Origin: Basidiobolus meristosporus CBS 931.73
Lineage: Eukaryota > Fungi > Basidiobolomycota
Assembly: GCA_002104905.1 (NCBI GenBank)
Contig: MCFE01000173.1
Span: 1-64,000 of the forward strand
Length of the DNA stretch: 64,000 bases
Direction: 5' to 3'
Shown: piece by piece, positions 23,484 to 35,692 of the stretch
Layout: each line of letters begins with the position of its first letter
How positions within the stretch are numbered: position 1 is the first letter of the stretch
Notes under the pieces: generated by a model
Database searches by the model: none
Told to the model about the DNA's origin: nothing
Seen by the model: only the letters and a program-made list of their open reading frames with translations
Made by a program: the position numbers and the translations under genes

Positions 23484-26098
23484 ATGGACAAGACTACTTT
23501 GACTCAATGCTGTAAGAGAAGAGAAAAAAGACCATGTGGCTATTGTGGCAAGCCTCTCAGTCATGAAGCACGCAGGCAGCATAGGAAGTATTACAAGGAT
23601 CACCGCCAGTGTTTTGCCACCCAAGTCATATTTGACCATTCATCAGTCACTACTGTACCATATTATCTTGCCGGCCAGTTGATACTTCTATATTAGCACC
23701 TGGCCATCTTTGTCACCTTGTGCAAACTGAGTCAGGTGAGTTTGTGATGCCTTTAGGCTCACCTCAGCCTTCTGAATATGGCACGCAGAGTGATAGCTCT
23801 GACAAAGAAGGTTCACTGATGGATTTTGAGCCTATCTCCCCTAACAACAGTACCACATATGAGCCTGGTCAAATCCCTATATGCAATGAGACAACACCTG
23901 TTGAGACAAATGCCAAGGATACTTTGTGGAGCCAAGTGAGCCCAGTAATCCATCTACTGGTGAATGATGTGATGTTGTGGCTAGAGAAGTGGCATGTTTC
24001 CACTAATATCAGTAATGGGGGCTTTGAGGATTTATTACTACTTCTAGCCAAAATCATACCGGGATGCAACTTACCATGTGCATAGTACAAGTGGACAACC
24101 GTCATGTGGCTGGCAACATATGATCCAGAGACTGTCCTGATTCCAGCATGTGTTAACAGTTGCATGGCATTCACATCCAAAAATGCTACCATTGCAACGT
24201 GTCCAAATTGTCAGGAATCCACCACCATTGAGGGAAAACATTGTTCACACTCCGGATATATTCCGGTCATACCCTGTCTGAGGAAGCTGATGCAGTCCGA
24301 CAAATATTGCAAAGCTATACAGTACCACACTCAGTATCAATCAAGCGCAAACATATCCAATATATTTGATGGCAAACATTACAAACAGCTAAGAAGCAAG
24401 GGCTACTTTGAAGGTATGTATGACCATGCCTTTGCTTTAGCACTTGATGGATTCTCATTAAACAAGTACTCTACCAGCAAATCATGCTGGCCTCTGATTC
24501 TCATCAATCTGAATCTGGCACCTGTCTTATGGTATCAGAGCAATAATCTGATGGTAGTCTCACTGGTATATGGGCCTATATCACCATCCAACCTGGATAG
24601 CTACCTGTATCCATTGCTGAATGAATTTTGTATGCTTTCCAGCAGGATAATGGTGAATGGCCGTCATGTAAAAGCACATATTATTATCTGCATTGGAGAT
24701 ACCCCAGCCATCAGCAAGATAGCAGGTTTTTCCGGGCACAATGGACAGTATTGCTGTCCAATGTGTGAGATCCAGGGGATATACTCCATAACTCACACAC
24801 GTTATTATTACCCAAACACCAGCACTAAGAACATCATCTCTCCACAGAGAGAACATACAGAAGTAAGCATGCAATTGCAGCAAGGTTGGCAAGCTATAAG
24901 TCATTGGCCAGAATATGGAATCAATCAGAAACTGGAGATACTTAAGATAGAGGGTATCTGTTGGAGCAAAAGCTTTCCACTGGGAGCAATGCATTTGCTT
25001 TTCAACAATATCCCTATACTGATGACCAAGTTGTATATGGGCATTTCAAGCTAAATGAGCCCTTCAAGATACCAAAGAAATTTGAAACAATTGGCAAGAT
25101 TTTACAGAGTATCCGCTACCCTAAGTACTTCTTGTGGGCCCCAATTAATATTCATACGCATATGCAACAATACAAATGCAAAGACTGGATGAACTGGATA
25201 TGTATTTATTCAAGTGGTGTTCTGAAGCCATTCCTACCAAGAGTACATTGGAAGCATTGGGAGTCATATGTGGACATTGTAGGAATATTTATCCAGAAGC
25301 GGATCACCAATGCCAACTTGACGCATCTACAGCTGTTGTGTGAGGAGTTTGTGACGGGATTTGAGCAGCTATACTACAAACATAAAGCTGAACGTGTAGA
25401 TCTCTGCCACTACTGTATCCATTCTCTACTCCATCTTACACGGTGTGTGGAGAATATTGGGCCTTGCTTCACCTTTTGGGAGTTTCCTATGGAGCGGATG
25501 TGTGGGGAGATAGGAAGACAAGTCAAGTCGCAGGTACTGCCATATCTCAATCTCATCAAGAATATTACCTTCAAGTCCGTCATGGATGTGATGAGTTGGC
25601 ATGTGGAGGACAGCCAGAAAGAGTTGGAAAATACTGAGGACAAATGTGCACATGGAGACACCTATGCTTATGGCATTAAGAAGCTAAGCAGCCCCAATGT
25701 GTGGGTAATCAGTTAAGTAATGCAAAGTTGGGTTGGGTGCAACAAGCAACTAATTTTTATCAGGAAAACTCCACCAAGATATGCCGGATTTCTCATGGTC
25801 ACAAGCCAACTTCTACACCATTCAATACAGAATTCACACAAACAAAAGCCAGAGCGCACCAATAAGGGGGACTAGAATCCAGCAGGGAGAAGGAATATAT
25901 TGGCTAAATACCAAGAAGTTCTTTGCCAATATTCAGAGGGTATTCATGGCAGAAGTGGCAACAACCAAGCATATGTTTGCAAGATGTATATGCTACCAGC
26001 AGTACAAGGTATATAGTAACTTTGCAAGTATCACAATAAAAAGCCGTAAAGTTGAGGTGATAGAAGTATGTCATTGTGGCAGGTGTGTGCATTTGTAG
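23484..26098 (+). pseudogene. CACTA (Tnp2/Transposase_21 + DUF4218-type) transposase, disrupted
   Basis: N-terminal CGYC..H motif; CVNSCMAF..CPNC; LALDGF..SCWPLILINLNLAP; LDSYLYPLLNE; GDTPAISKIAGFSGHNG..CPMC; LGAMHLLFNN; HSLLHL..GPCFTFWEFPMERMCG. There are frameshifts near 23660, 25040 and 25780 and stops at 24085 and 25716. Confidence 0.9.
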
Positions 26099-28024
26099 AG
26101 GTTAGTAAGCAGGAGGCCATAGTTTTTTTTGATTCAAACTACATGTGGAATACCCAAGGTAGTGGTGGGTAAGCAAATAAAGAAAGGTGATTCTACAGTG
26201 GAATATATGAATTGCACAAGGGGAGGTAGAAAAGGGAAATACCATTTGGTAAATTGGTATGGTAGCATTATACATAACCAGCAGCAGGCTGTCATACTGC
26301 CGTGAAAAAAGCCATCAGAGTCTTGCTGTGGGGCCGTCAAAATACTGTCAAGTTTCTTGCCATATAAGGCAATTGGAAGTCCTGGCCAACTGGATCCACT
26401 TAAAATAGTAATAGAGCGCTGAAAGACCGCAACAATAACATGCAAATATTGTCACAGCATTGATCAAAAATTGTCAAGTTTTATCCCTTTATTTGGCTGA
26501 AAAATTTGCAAAACACCGTCATGATCTTGCTATAAGATCATCAGGAGGGTCACTAATTCTAAGCTGCTGTTATTATGACAGTCTCTGAACAGGATCTTGA
26601 CGGATGATCCTGATTGGATCCAACCGTGGGACCAAGTTATTTTTCATAGGGTTATGAAAACAGCTATTTCTTGTTTGCAATTCTACTTGGCTATGATAAG
26701 ATTCAGTCTGTGGTAGGTTTACAGTATTAATTGGCATAAACCACAGCTTTTTTCTTAGGCTTCCCTGTCTCTGGCTTGGGTAGACTATTTTCCCTTGGCC
26801 TTATCCTTTATCACTGGCAGGTCTTTCACTGCAACTTTGTCCAAGTGCTTCTTGTATTGAACTACATTTCTCCTTGATATATACTGCTCCAATGTATCTG
26901 TATTGGCCTGATTGTCTCTTGCTGTCTCTCTGTAGGCAGCCTGTTGCTTTTTTTTCCGCTTGTTTTGAGCTCTCAGCCCATGCTGAGACAGACTCCTTGT
27001 TATATCCAAGAATAGAGTGTAATAGAACTCTTTGTTGTAAAAATTTGTATTTCCACCTAAATATTCACCTAACTTAGTCACTTAGATCATCACCTTCAAG
27101 CCCTAGAGAAAACTGACCAAAATTCCTTGTTGGGATTTACTTAGAATATTTTCACCAAAATACCATGTACCCAGAACATGAAAATTCTCAAAGTTGTCTA
27201 AACAGCCCCAAACTTTGCACACATGTTCTTGAGACCTTCCTTTACCTATTCTACATGCTTGCTATGCCAAGACCAGGTAAAAAGACTTGTTCCATTGTAC
27301 TGTGCCAGGGTGCGTGGCGCAATCCGCGGTTGTAAAGAACAATTGGGCACAATATTATAGCTACCAAAAGGCAGGATTGTTCTTGGACAATTTTGCACTA
27401 TGCCGGACAATCTTGCACACTATGGCACAATCTGACACAATGAGGTTGGCACGGATGATTGTGCCAACTTGTAATGTTTGCGTCACATGCGCAATTGGAT
27501 ACCACTATTATGGCAGGTAAAATCCGGTATTTGGATATGTTTCTTTAATGTAAATGGAAATAAATGTGTATCACACAATAAATTACACTGATACTTACCA
27601 TTTTGGTTACCCTCACTCCAATTGGACGGTATCTCAGTGGTTAATTGGTCCAAAAGTATCCTGAAGCTGGCAGCCCCCAATTGGCTCATTGACTACTGAA
27701 AAAGCTACCTGATTTGCCATCAATTATATCATTTTGCCCATTGAGCAAGTAAATCCCTGATACTAGTGATTGGACAAGGTGTCATAGCTAGAACTCAAGC
27801 AATCATGTAGGTGCAAAACAGATCCAATAGCTGCACTGGTATTACGGATGACATTTATATATGCAGTGTGTTTATTTATAGGGGTTCTGTCTCAAATGTG
27901 AGACAGCCTTGATATTACTTATATCAGAAATTTGATGATCACTGATATGCAATGGCTTGATTTGGATTGCAAAAAAAAGGGTTATTGGGATCATTACAAA
28001 TATGAGCCAAACAAAGCAATCACA

Positions 28025-29272
28025 TCATCTTCTCCTGGGTTTTTTTCTCACAGGGATTACTACTGAAGCATTTGGTAGTGAATCACTTTGCACACCTACA
28101 CTACTTCCTGGCTGACTATCATCTTGGCTACTTGTGTATTTGTAGTCAGTATTTTGCCTCCTAGTTGATGAGCGCAATGCTGCAGCTTGGCCGCGCTGAA
28201 TTGCTCCAACTGAGCCAACTGAATTGGCCTGTAGTGCCATGTGCTGACGTGTTCTTTTACTTGCTAAGGGCTCTGGTGGTTGAGGCACTTCATGTTGGTC
28301 ATCATCAGTCAGTTCACCAGAAGTAACTCACTGATGGTCAGGCAAAACAGCACATGCAGGCGCGCCTTGATGCGTTGAGATGGCCCTTGGCTGAATTTGA
28401 TGTGATGCTGCATGTTGACGCAACTTGGTCCGCTCCAATGGACTTGTGTCTAAATGAGCAGTTTGGCAAGTTCTTGTAGTTTTGCAATGAAGCACACGCA
28501 TTGACCCGACGCACGTTGACTCAATGCAGGGCGTTCTGGTAAAGGGTGTTGGCGTAGTCTGGACTGACGTACGCTGGCGCGCTGTGGTTGCAAGAGATGG
28601 TAGGGAATCCAGCATGGCGTGCTGGCGCAATCTGGATGATGTTGCTTGTAGTCTGTATTCTTCCTCCTGAAGCTCACCATCTGATTCCTCAAGGTATTCA
28701 CTTACCCTCTGTCTGATACTTTGGAGCTGTTGCCTGGATGAGTCCTGTGTATATTGCTCTTGGAAGCCACTTAGCTCTACTAATATATCACATAGTACAT
28801 TAGTCATTTGAGGCAAAAACTCATTCAAAATCCCTTTGGTTCCCAAAGTTGAGGCACAAACAAACATGTCTGGCCCGTACTCTGCAAATTGCATGCAAAA
28901 TTGTTCCCGCGCAGCTTCTTTGTCATATCCCCTCACTCGCAGCTCATTCTTGATTTCAATACTTGTCTTGTTATATATCTTTTTACATACATTGGCTGGC
29001 ATCTTGATGTAGAACTCATGCCACAGCTTTCTGCTCAAATTCTTCCATCTTTGTCAACTCTCTGAGGTATCTAGTTCTGCTAGATTAATCAGTAGTGCCC
29101 AAATATCTGTATGAAGGCTCATCATAGACACTTGGGCCATACTAAAATCATTTGGCAAGAACTCAAACGGATCCAACATCGACTTTTCCGGTTGGGACCA
29201 CGCTTGTGAGCTGGGGGATGGGTTTTGTCTGGGTTGTACTAAAGATGAGTTGAGGCTTGGTATGGGGACCAT
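28025..29272 (-). pseudogene. Harbinger accessory ORF2 (~415 codons, two in-frame TGA), putative Myb/SANT-like DNA-binding protein
   Basis: ORF-track pieces 29054-29272, 28328-29038 and 28025-28288 are in one frame. It contains IWALL..(R)QRWKNLSRKLW and a C-terminal basic RKKPRRR. The Myb/SANT call is an inference. Confidence 0.65.
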
Positions 29273-29631
29273 AGCAACGGATTTGGATACTTATACAGCA
29301 GTATATTGGCATCAACCTGGTCTTATATGAAATATATATGAAAACTAATGTGATTGTTGAATTTTCCATATATTATGCATGATGCATGTTGGATTGCGTT
29401 GACACGGATCAGATCACATCAATTGCAGATTTCCTATTTGATTATAGACCTATGATTAAAGCATCAATAAAAGTACCAAGGCATTGTTTGCGGATGATTT
29501 TTGCAACATAATGATGGGATACATGGCAATTGATGGAGATTTAGCCATAATGTATTAAAAATCTGATATATAACGCATATTGTGCTGAATCAAGTCAAAC
29601 CACCTCCATACAATCATCCACCAATTTTAAT

Positions 29632-30516
29632 ATGACTTACTCATCTGAATTGTCTTTTCTCATCAATCCCATCACTACCACTGGATTTCCTTTTGACATA
29701 CTAGAGGAGATATATTCCAAGTACTGTGGACCATCAACCCCAATCTACTCAAGGAGATCCCTTGTTAAGCTTCTCTGCTATTACAAGAACTATTGCCCTA
29801 CAAGGTTTCATCCCACCATCCATGGCAACAAAAGTCCTAGAAGCTTTCATTCCCAGCTGACAGCAATAGAGAACCACCTTGCAGATGGTATGAATGACTT
29901 AGAGCAAGCTTGGAATACTAGGTTCAGAAGCTCCAATAGACTTCCATATCCCAGAGTGTTCAGCAACAGGTTCCATATCAGGAGTATTTTGGATACCTTC
30001 CCAGTGAGGATTAACAGACCTTCTAGAGGGCAGAGGCACTCTTATTCTGGAAAGTAAAAGGCACACTGTGTGAAGTTTCAAGCACTGTCTGACATTGAGG
30101 GTAACATCATCTAGTTTAGTGGGCCATTTGCTGGAAGTAGGCATGACAAAGCACTCTGGGTAGAGAATCATCCTGAATCCAGTAGAGGGAAGAAATGTAT
30201 GGCAGACTTAGCTTATATAGGAGAGGATAGTCAGAGATTAGGATGTATTACAGCTTATAGGAAGCCAAGGAATGGTGTGCTTAGCAGGAAGCAGAAGCTC
30301 TACAATGAGATATTTAATCATTTCAGAGTGAGGGTAGAGCACACATTTGGATATCTGAAGAGATTTGGCATATTGGCAGGTAAATACAGAGGAAAGTCAT
30401 ACATAGGAGAAAACAGCAGAATAGGTAAAATAGTTAAGATACTTATTAATGCACAGTATGTTCATACAAGAAGTCATCCACTGAGAGAAATGTGTCTGGA
30501 GCATTATGAAGAGTAA
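29632..30516 (+). pseudogene. Harbinger-type DDE transposase (DDE_Tnp_4-like), 294 codons, two in-frame stops
   Basis: ILDTFPVRINRP..YSGK*KAHCVKFQ, GPFAGSRHD, MADLAYIG, RVRVEHTFGYLK. It is a single frame with stops at ~30057 and ~30114; both codons are sense in copy 2. Confidence 0.92.
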
Positions 30517-33138
30517 ATAAAGCAAGGAAAGCACAATTCTGAGCAACATAAGTAAGATTGAGTAAAATTACCAGTAACTGTATCATACCACTGGCATCAT
30601 GGTAGAAACTATAGTGCCAGATAGTGCCAGATTGATCCGGCACCATAAACAGGCTGGCACTATGTGGCACTATCCAACGGAACAAGTCTAAAGTATAAAT
30701 ACTACTTTTACATTCAATAAATCATTAAGTGAAAACCACATGATCTACTTGTCCTCCCAATCACTTCTAATATCTCCAAGACTCTTACAACACTCTGGAA
30801 TGAATTAACTGAACCTAAGTGACAGCCAAGTACAGAATCTTAGAATTGTCAAGAATGACAGAAATATTAGCAGAGAAGTTCTAGTCCAGTTTTGGTCTTG
30901 TATATAGCTGAGGTTGGGCTATAGAGGCAACAGAGTTGGTTTGCTATGCAGGCTAGGCTTGGTGTTCTTGAGAGTGCCAGATATGATAGGCTTGGATAAA
31001 AGCTAGAACAGAATGTTGAATTCTTAATTTTGCTGAGACACAATCTGAATGTTGTGAAGAAACACACTAAACCAAAAGGTTCAGTTATTTTTATACATAC
31101 TTTTCTGATCAAGTTGAGTTAGTAAGTGCCAAGAGACTGGACTAATTGAATTTTGTTGGAATGTTGATAGGCGTATGAGATAAATGAAAAATTCCATGGT
31201 TAATCAGCTGATGTCTTGGCAACTGCTAAGTGGTTGGATAAGTCTCAGATGACAAATCACTTGGAAAGGCTTAGCAGATCAGTTGAGGATGTAATGACCA
31301 CATAAAATTGATCAGGTGTGACAGCTAAAAATAGATTTTGAGAAGTAATAAAATAAACTACAACCGGGATTAGTTATGTTTGGGTTAGGGAAAATCAGTT
31401 AGGGTACTAGATTTTGAATGGAGTGAAACTGGCTAAGTTTTAAATGTTGATGCACCACATCACTTCCTCCTGGGAGAGGAGTTTTCTGATACACTATGGG
31501 TTCCCCTGCGGCTCTAATACTGATTAATGATGGCAACCTCTTCAAAGTTGATGTAAGGTTCCAAGGTGTTGTGTTTGGCATCATAACCTTTTCACTTGAT
31601 TAAATGAAGGCAATTTGGTTCTTGTCCATCATGGTCAACAACTGCTTAAACTTCATTGGATTCCAAAGTAACTGGGTCTTGATATATAATCTTGAGTGAA
31701 AAAGGTCAAAAGTTTTTGGGTAGCAGTGCACCAGTTTTGTCCTGAAGTACACAGGATCCTCCAGTGGTACATCTGACAGCTTTGAATGGGCCTTCATATT
31801 TGGGGTCCAGTTTAGATTGTTGGATTGGATCTAGTGTTATGAACTATGACCCATCTGGGAAGCTGCTCTTCCTGTGTCTTGCCATGTATGTTGAAGTCCT
31901 CTTTTACTGTGAAGCCTTACTTCTGGCACTGATAGAAGGGTAGACAATGTTGGTAAGGTACTCAAGCCAGTTCTTTAGCTTGTCAGTATTCAGACTTGCT
32001 AACTCTGTATTCTGGTAGTCTCCAAAGTGGTTGTATCTTCTTCCAAACATCAAAGAAAATGGCATTGATCAATGTAGAACAACAATTTTGGTGTTAATGG
32101 CATACTGTTCAGTGGGAATGTACTTGCCCCAATTCTTCTCAACACCTTTGATAGATTTCCTGATGATGTGCACTGAGGTCTGAACATGTATTTCAGGAAG
32201 TCCATTAGCTTTTAGAAAATATGGAGTGATCAGATGGTGATCAATGGTGCTATTCTGGCAGAGGGCTTTGATCACATGCTTTACAAATTCTGATCCATTA
32301 TCTAATTGAATGACCTTGGGAATCCAAAAAGGCAGATGAGCTTGAATAATGCTTGTGCAATAATGGCAGCATACTTCCTTGGATAGCTTTGAGGAAGACA
32401 AAACATGTGCAGACATCAACAATTACAAAGAGTGAGAGAATACTATCATCACTAATGGTGAAAGGTCCAGCTAGATCAACTGCAATATGATCCATAGGAA
32501 GTCTTGCATGGATAGAACTCAAAGAACTCAAAGGTGAAATCCATGGCAACTGATATTGTGAAGTTGAAATTCTCTGCAAAACTTGACAAATTCTAGGCTG
32601 TCAGCTTGGATATATGGCTATTGATATCCTTCAGAGTGTAGCTTCTTTGTAAGTGTGTTAGCTCCAAAGTGGTCAAGCAAATGTCTCCGCTGTATCAGCA
32701 TTTTGCTTTCATTGGCATGTGGGATTTTCCAAGTTGCTGAATCCAGTTGAGGATTTATCTTGGAAGTTGTGGTGAGCTTACTGATTATGTCAGCAATCAC
32801 ATGTCCCTCCCAAGGTGAAGTTGGGAAAAGTCTTGAAAGGTGGTCAGGCAGGTTATTGGGGATTCCTGGGCAATGGATAACTTAAGCCCCTAACCCAACA
32901 TTAGATGCATCTATAGCAACAACAAAGGTTTTAGTAAAGTCTGGGTAAGATAGGGTGGGTGCTTGTAGGTGCAATTGGCAGAGTGACTCAAATAATTGGT
33001 CATGAACCTTGTTCCAGGCTGAAGGGAGATCAGGACTCTAGCATAATGCATCCAAAGCGGCACTTAATGAGGACATGAGTGGAATGTGTTCCCTGAAATA
33101 GTATAATACTCCAAGATTATGTTGGATTTGCTTAGTGC

Positions 33139-33943
33139 TGTGGTGGTGTAGAGGTACTCCTGGGAGAAGCTACACAACTCAAGGTGTGTGAGGTGTCTGA
33201 TGGGTGCAATAACCACTGTGTCTAAACAGCTGGTGTCTTTGTCAATATGTCACTACGGTAAAAGCTCCGGCTTCTCTAGCTTTCTAGATGCTCTAAGTGT
33301 CTTCAAAGGCCTCTGTGTGTCTTGTGCACTACCCTGAAAAGCTCCTTAATGGCAAGTCGGAGTTGTAACTGTTAAAGGTAGGTGCAGTGATCAACTGCTA
33401 ATCAATAAGGGAGAAGTGTTACTGATAGAAGGGATGATTTATTGCTGAGGGATTGCTTTCCCCTAAATACTGTTCCTGATTGCCAAGTGATTACTAATAA
33501 CAAGATTCTAGAAGATTCTAGGCATCAGTGGAATTCCTGATAACATCACTATGAGCTAAAAATATGTCAAGAATGTCCTGGAAGGTTTTAAAAGGCATAG
33601 TACATCCAACCAATCAGGGATCAGCAGTCTGAGACCTGTGCAACATAGAAATACCACATATGGTATTGAAATGGTAGGGATGGTTACACAAACCTAGGTC
33701 ATGTCACATGGGTACTGATGCAAGTACTTACCTTATGTAGGTACATATACTGAGCACAAAGCTGAATAACATCTGGGATAATTAATGCTAAAAACTAATC
33801 AGGGTAAACATCATATGGGGATAATACTGATAATATGGGCAAAAGAAGAATGGGGTAATACTGACAAGATAAAATATGGATAAGTGTATCATAATGGCTA
33901 TATAAATAAACTTGTTGGTGGGAGGTATATTTACCCTACCACA
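33139..33943. mobile_element. Solo LTR family 4 (805 bp) inside gypsy A RNase H/RT junction
   Basis: TGTGGT...ACCACA termini; flanks GTGC/GCGC (4-bp TSD with one CpG transition). It is homologous in reverse orientation to 37174-38220. Confidence 0.82.
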
Positions 33944-33985
33944 GCGCCAGTGGGTCTTGGCCATTCAGGAATATTGACCAGTTTG

Positions 33986-34335
33986 TGTTGTAAAAATTTG
34001 TATTTCCACCTAAATATTTACCTAACTTAGTCACTTAGATCATCACCTTCAAATCCTAGAGAATACTGACCAAAATCCCTTGTTGAGATTTACTTAGAAT
34101 ATTTTCACCAAAATACCAGGTACCCAGAACATGAAAATTCTCAAAGTTGTCCAAACAGCCCCAAACATTGCACACATGTTCTTGGGACCTTCCTTAACCT
34201 ATTCTACATGCTTGCTATGCCAAGACCAGGTAAAAGTATATATACTACTTTTACATTCAATAAATCATTAAGTGAAAGCCACATAATCTACTTGTCCTCC
34301 CAATCACTTCCAATATCTCCAAGACTCTTACAACA
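33986..34335. mobile_element. Solo LTR family 1 (350 bp)
   Basis: TGTTGTAA...TTACAACA; flanks GTTTG/GCTTG. The empty site matches gypsy B near 59800. Confidence 0.92.
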
Positions 34336-34608
34336 GCTTGAAGGGTCAAGCTGGTGAACATCTGGTGTGACTATGAATCCAAGTAGATTGATTTTGAGGT
34401 GAGCAAAGCTGCACTTTTTGGCATTAGGAAGCAATCCAGCGGCTGTCAGTCTATTTTTTACATCATTGACATGAGTTGCATGATCATGACAGTTGGTGGA
34501 ACATATGATGATGTCACCAACAAATAATAAGGCATATGGTGCATTCTTGAGTATTATAGTCATGACTCTCTGGAACTTGCTGGTAAGTGTCTTTAGGCCA
34601 AAGGGAGC

Positions 34609-35692
34609 TGTTGTGTTGTATTATGATTAGTTTGGGGCTTGTTCAACAATGCAGAGGCTAATCAACAATATACAGCAACTTCCAGTATGCCAATACTGAA
34701 ATAGTTTATAGGGAGTCTGATATACCAATAGAAGATATAACTTTCACTAATTTCCTCAACATTAGGCTCAAAATATACTGTAGGCAGTGTTTCTCACTTC
34801 TACAGCAGTGTTCTGACCTTCTGTCAACTAATGGGCTTATTTACTTTTATAATAACTTTTCCTTACTTGGAAGTCACTTTCCTTTCTGAGAAAATATTTC
34901 CTAATATGAAAATTCTGACTACCTTTTAACCTAAAGGGGCTTCTTTAGAGTAAAGGGGTTTCTTAAAGGGGTCTCTAAAGGGGTGTCTTTAGAGTGAGGG
35001 GGTTTCTTAGAGTGGACTTTTCTGACAGAAAAGTGGTAGTTTCTTGTAGAACTTAGATTGGATTCTTGTGAACTTTGCAGTCTCTTTACTGATGTAGTAC
35101 CAATCAAAGTCAGAATACTCAACAGTGCAAGTGATGCAGGGGAAGTCTTATAACCTTTAAACCTGCAATTGTAGTGTGGAGATTCTGAAAAGAGAGGCTC
35201 TCCCTTTATTTTTCAGCTGGGGAAGTAATATATATGATAATTCTGAAGGATCAAGGTTTTTGGGCAATTGCGCAAGCAATACACGTGATACAAGGCTAAA
35301 ATTTGGCAGTGGTGCAGATTGGAAATAGGCGCAGCACCTGTAAATATTTCACGTGATTTGATTGGCTGGTTCAAAAGTTCCATGTGATCAAAGTCACCAT
35401 AGTAATCCTAGCAATAAGGCATAGTATATATAATAATTGAACTCTTTTGGTCATAACTCCTTAAGTACTGCTTCCAATGAGCTGTAATTTGAAACATGTG
35501 TTGGCTACTATGTGTTCTGTATGACATAATATTCTTGGGTGGATTGTTTGTCAGGGTCTGGAGCATTTGTTCTTCAAAGTTGGAAATTCTTGATCATTCA
35601 CTTGTGTGTTACAATAGCAAAAGCAAAATAAAGAAATGAGTACAATATTGGTTTAGAGATATTGTAGTAGTGGAATACTATCCATTACCACA
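34609..35692 (-). mobile_element. Solo LTR family 5 (1084 bp) inserted in the RT PFGL motif of gypsy A
   Basis: Reverse-complement match to 40209-41446; perfect 4-bp TSD GAGC. Confidence 0.88.

Larger units (their letters stand above)
22467..26651 (+). mobile_element. CACTA/CMC DNA transposon copy 1 (4185 bp) with both TIRs
   Basis: Perfect 13-bp TIR CCCTATGAAAAAT at both ends and a 4-bp TSD TTAT (22463-22466, 26652-26655). The empty-site length matches the homologous sequence at ~50125. Confidence 0.92.
21591..26997 (+). mobile_element. Older CACTA/CMC copy: left end plus ORF2 3' part (21591-22466 and 26656-26997), hosting a younger copy
   Basis: Begins CCCTATTAGAAA, and the next ~350 bp match the left end at 22467. 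The sequence resumes after the younger copy and matches the uninterrupted version near 50110-50300. It is cut by a gypsy LTR at 26998. Confidence 0.75.
27283..30689. mobile_element. PIF/Harbinger (PHIS) DNA transposon copy 1 (3407 bp), two divergent ORFs
   Basis: TIR AGACTTGTTCC(A/G)TTG at both ends and a 3-bp TSD AAA (27280-27282, 30690-30692). Removing the element plus one TSD restores GGTAAAAGTATA, as in the 34.2 kb LTR. Confidence 0.92.
27033..30792. mobile_element. Solo LTR family 1, split by a Harbinger-type element (27033-27282 + 30690-30792)
   Basis: TGTTGTAA...TTACAACA termini; flanks CTCTT/CTCTG. The joined halves match 33986-34335. Confidence 0.9.

Noticed and set aside
27284-30688. 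Reading the Harbinger termini as GACTT...AAGTC with TAA/TA duplication
   Set aside because: It does not restore the empty sites; AGAC...GTCT with 3-bp AAA/AAT restores them exactly at both insertions.
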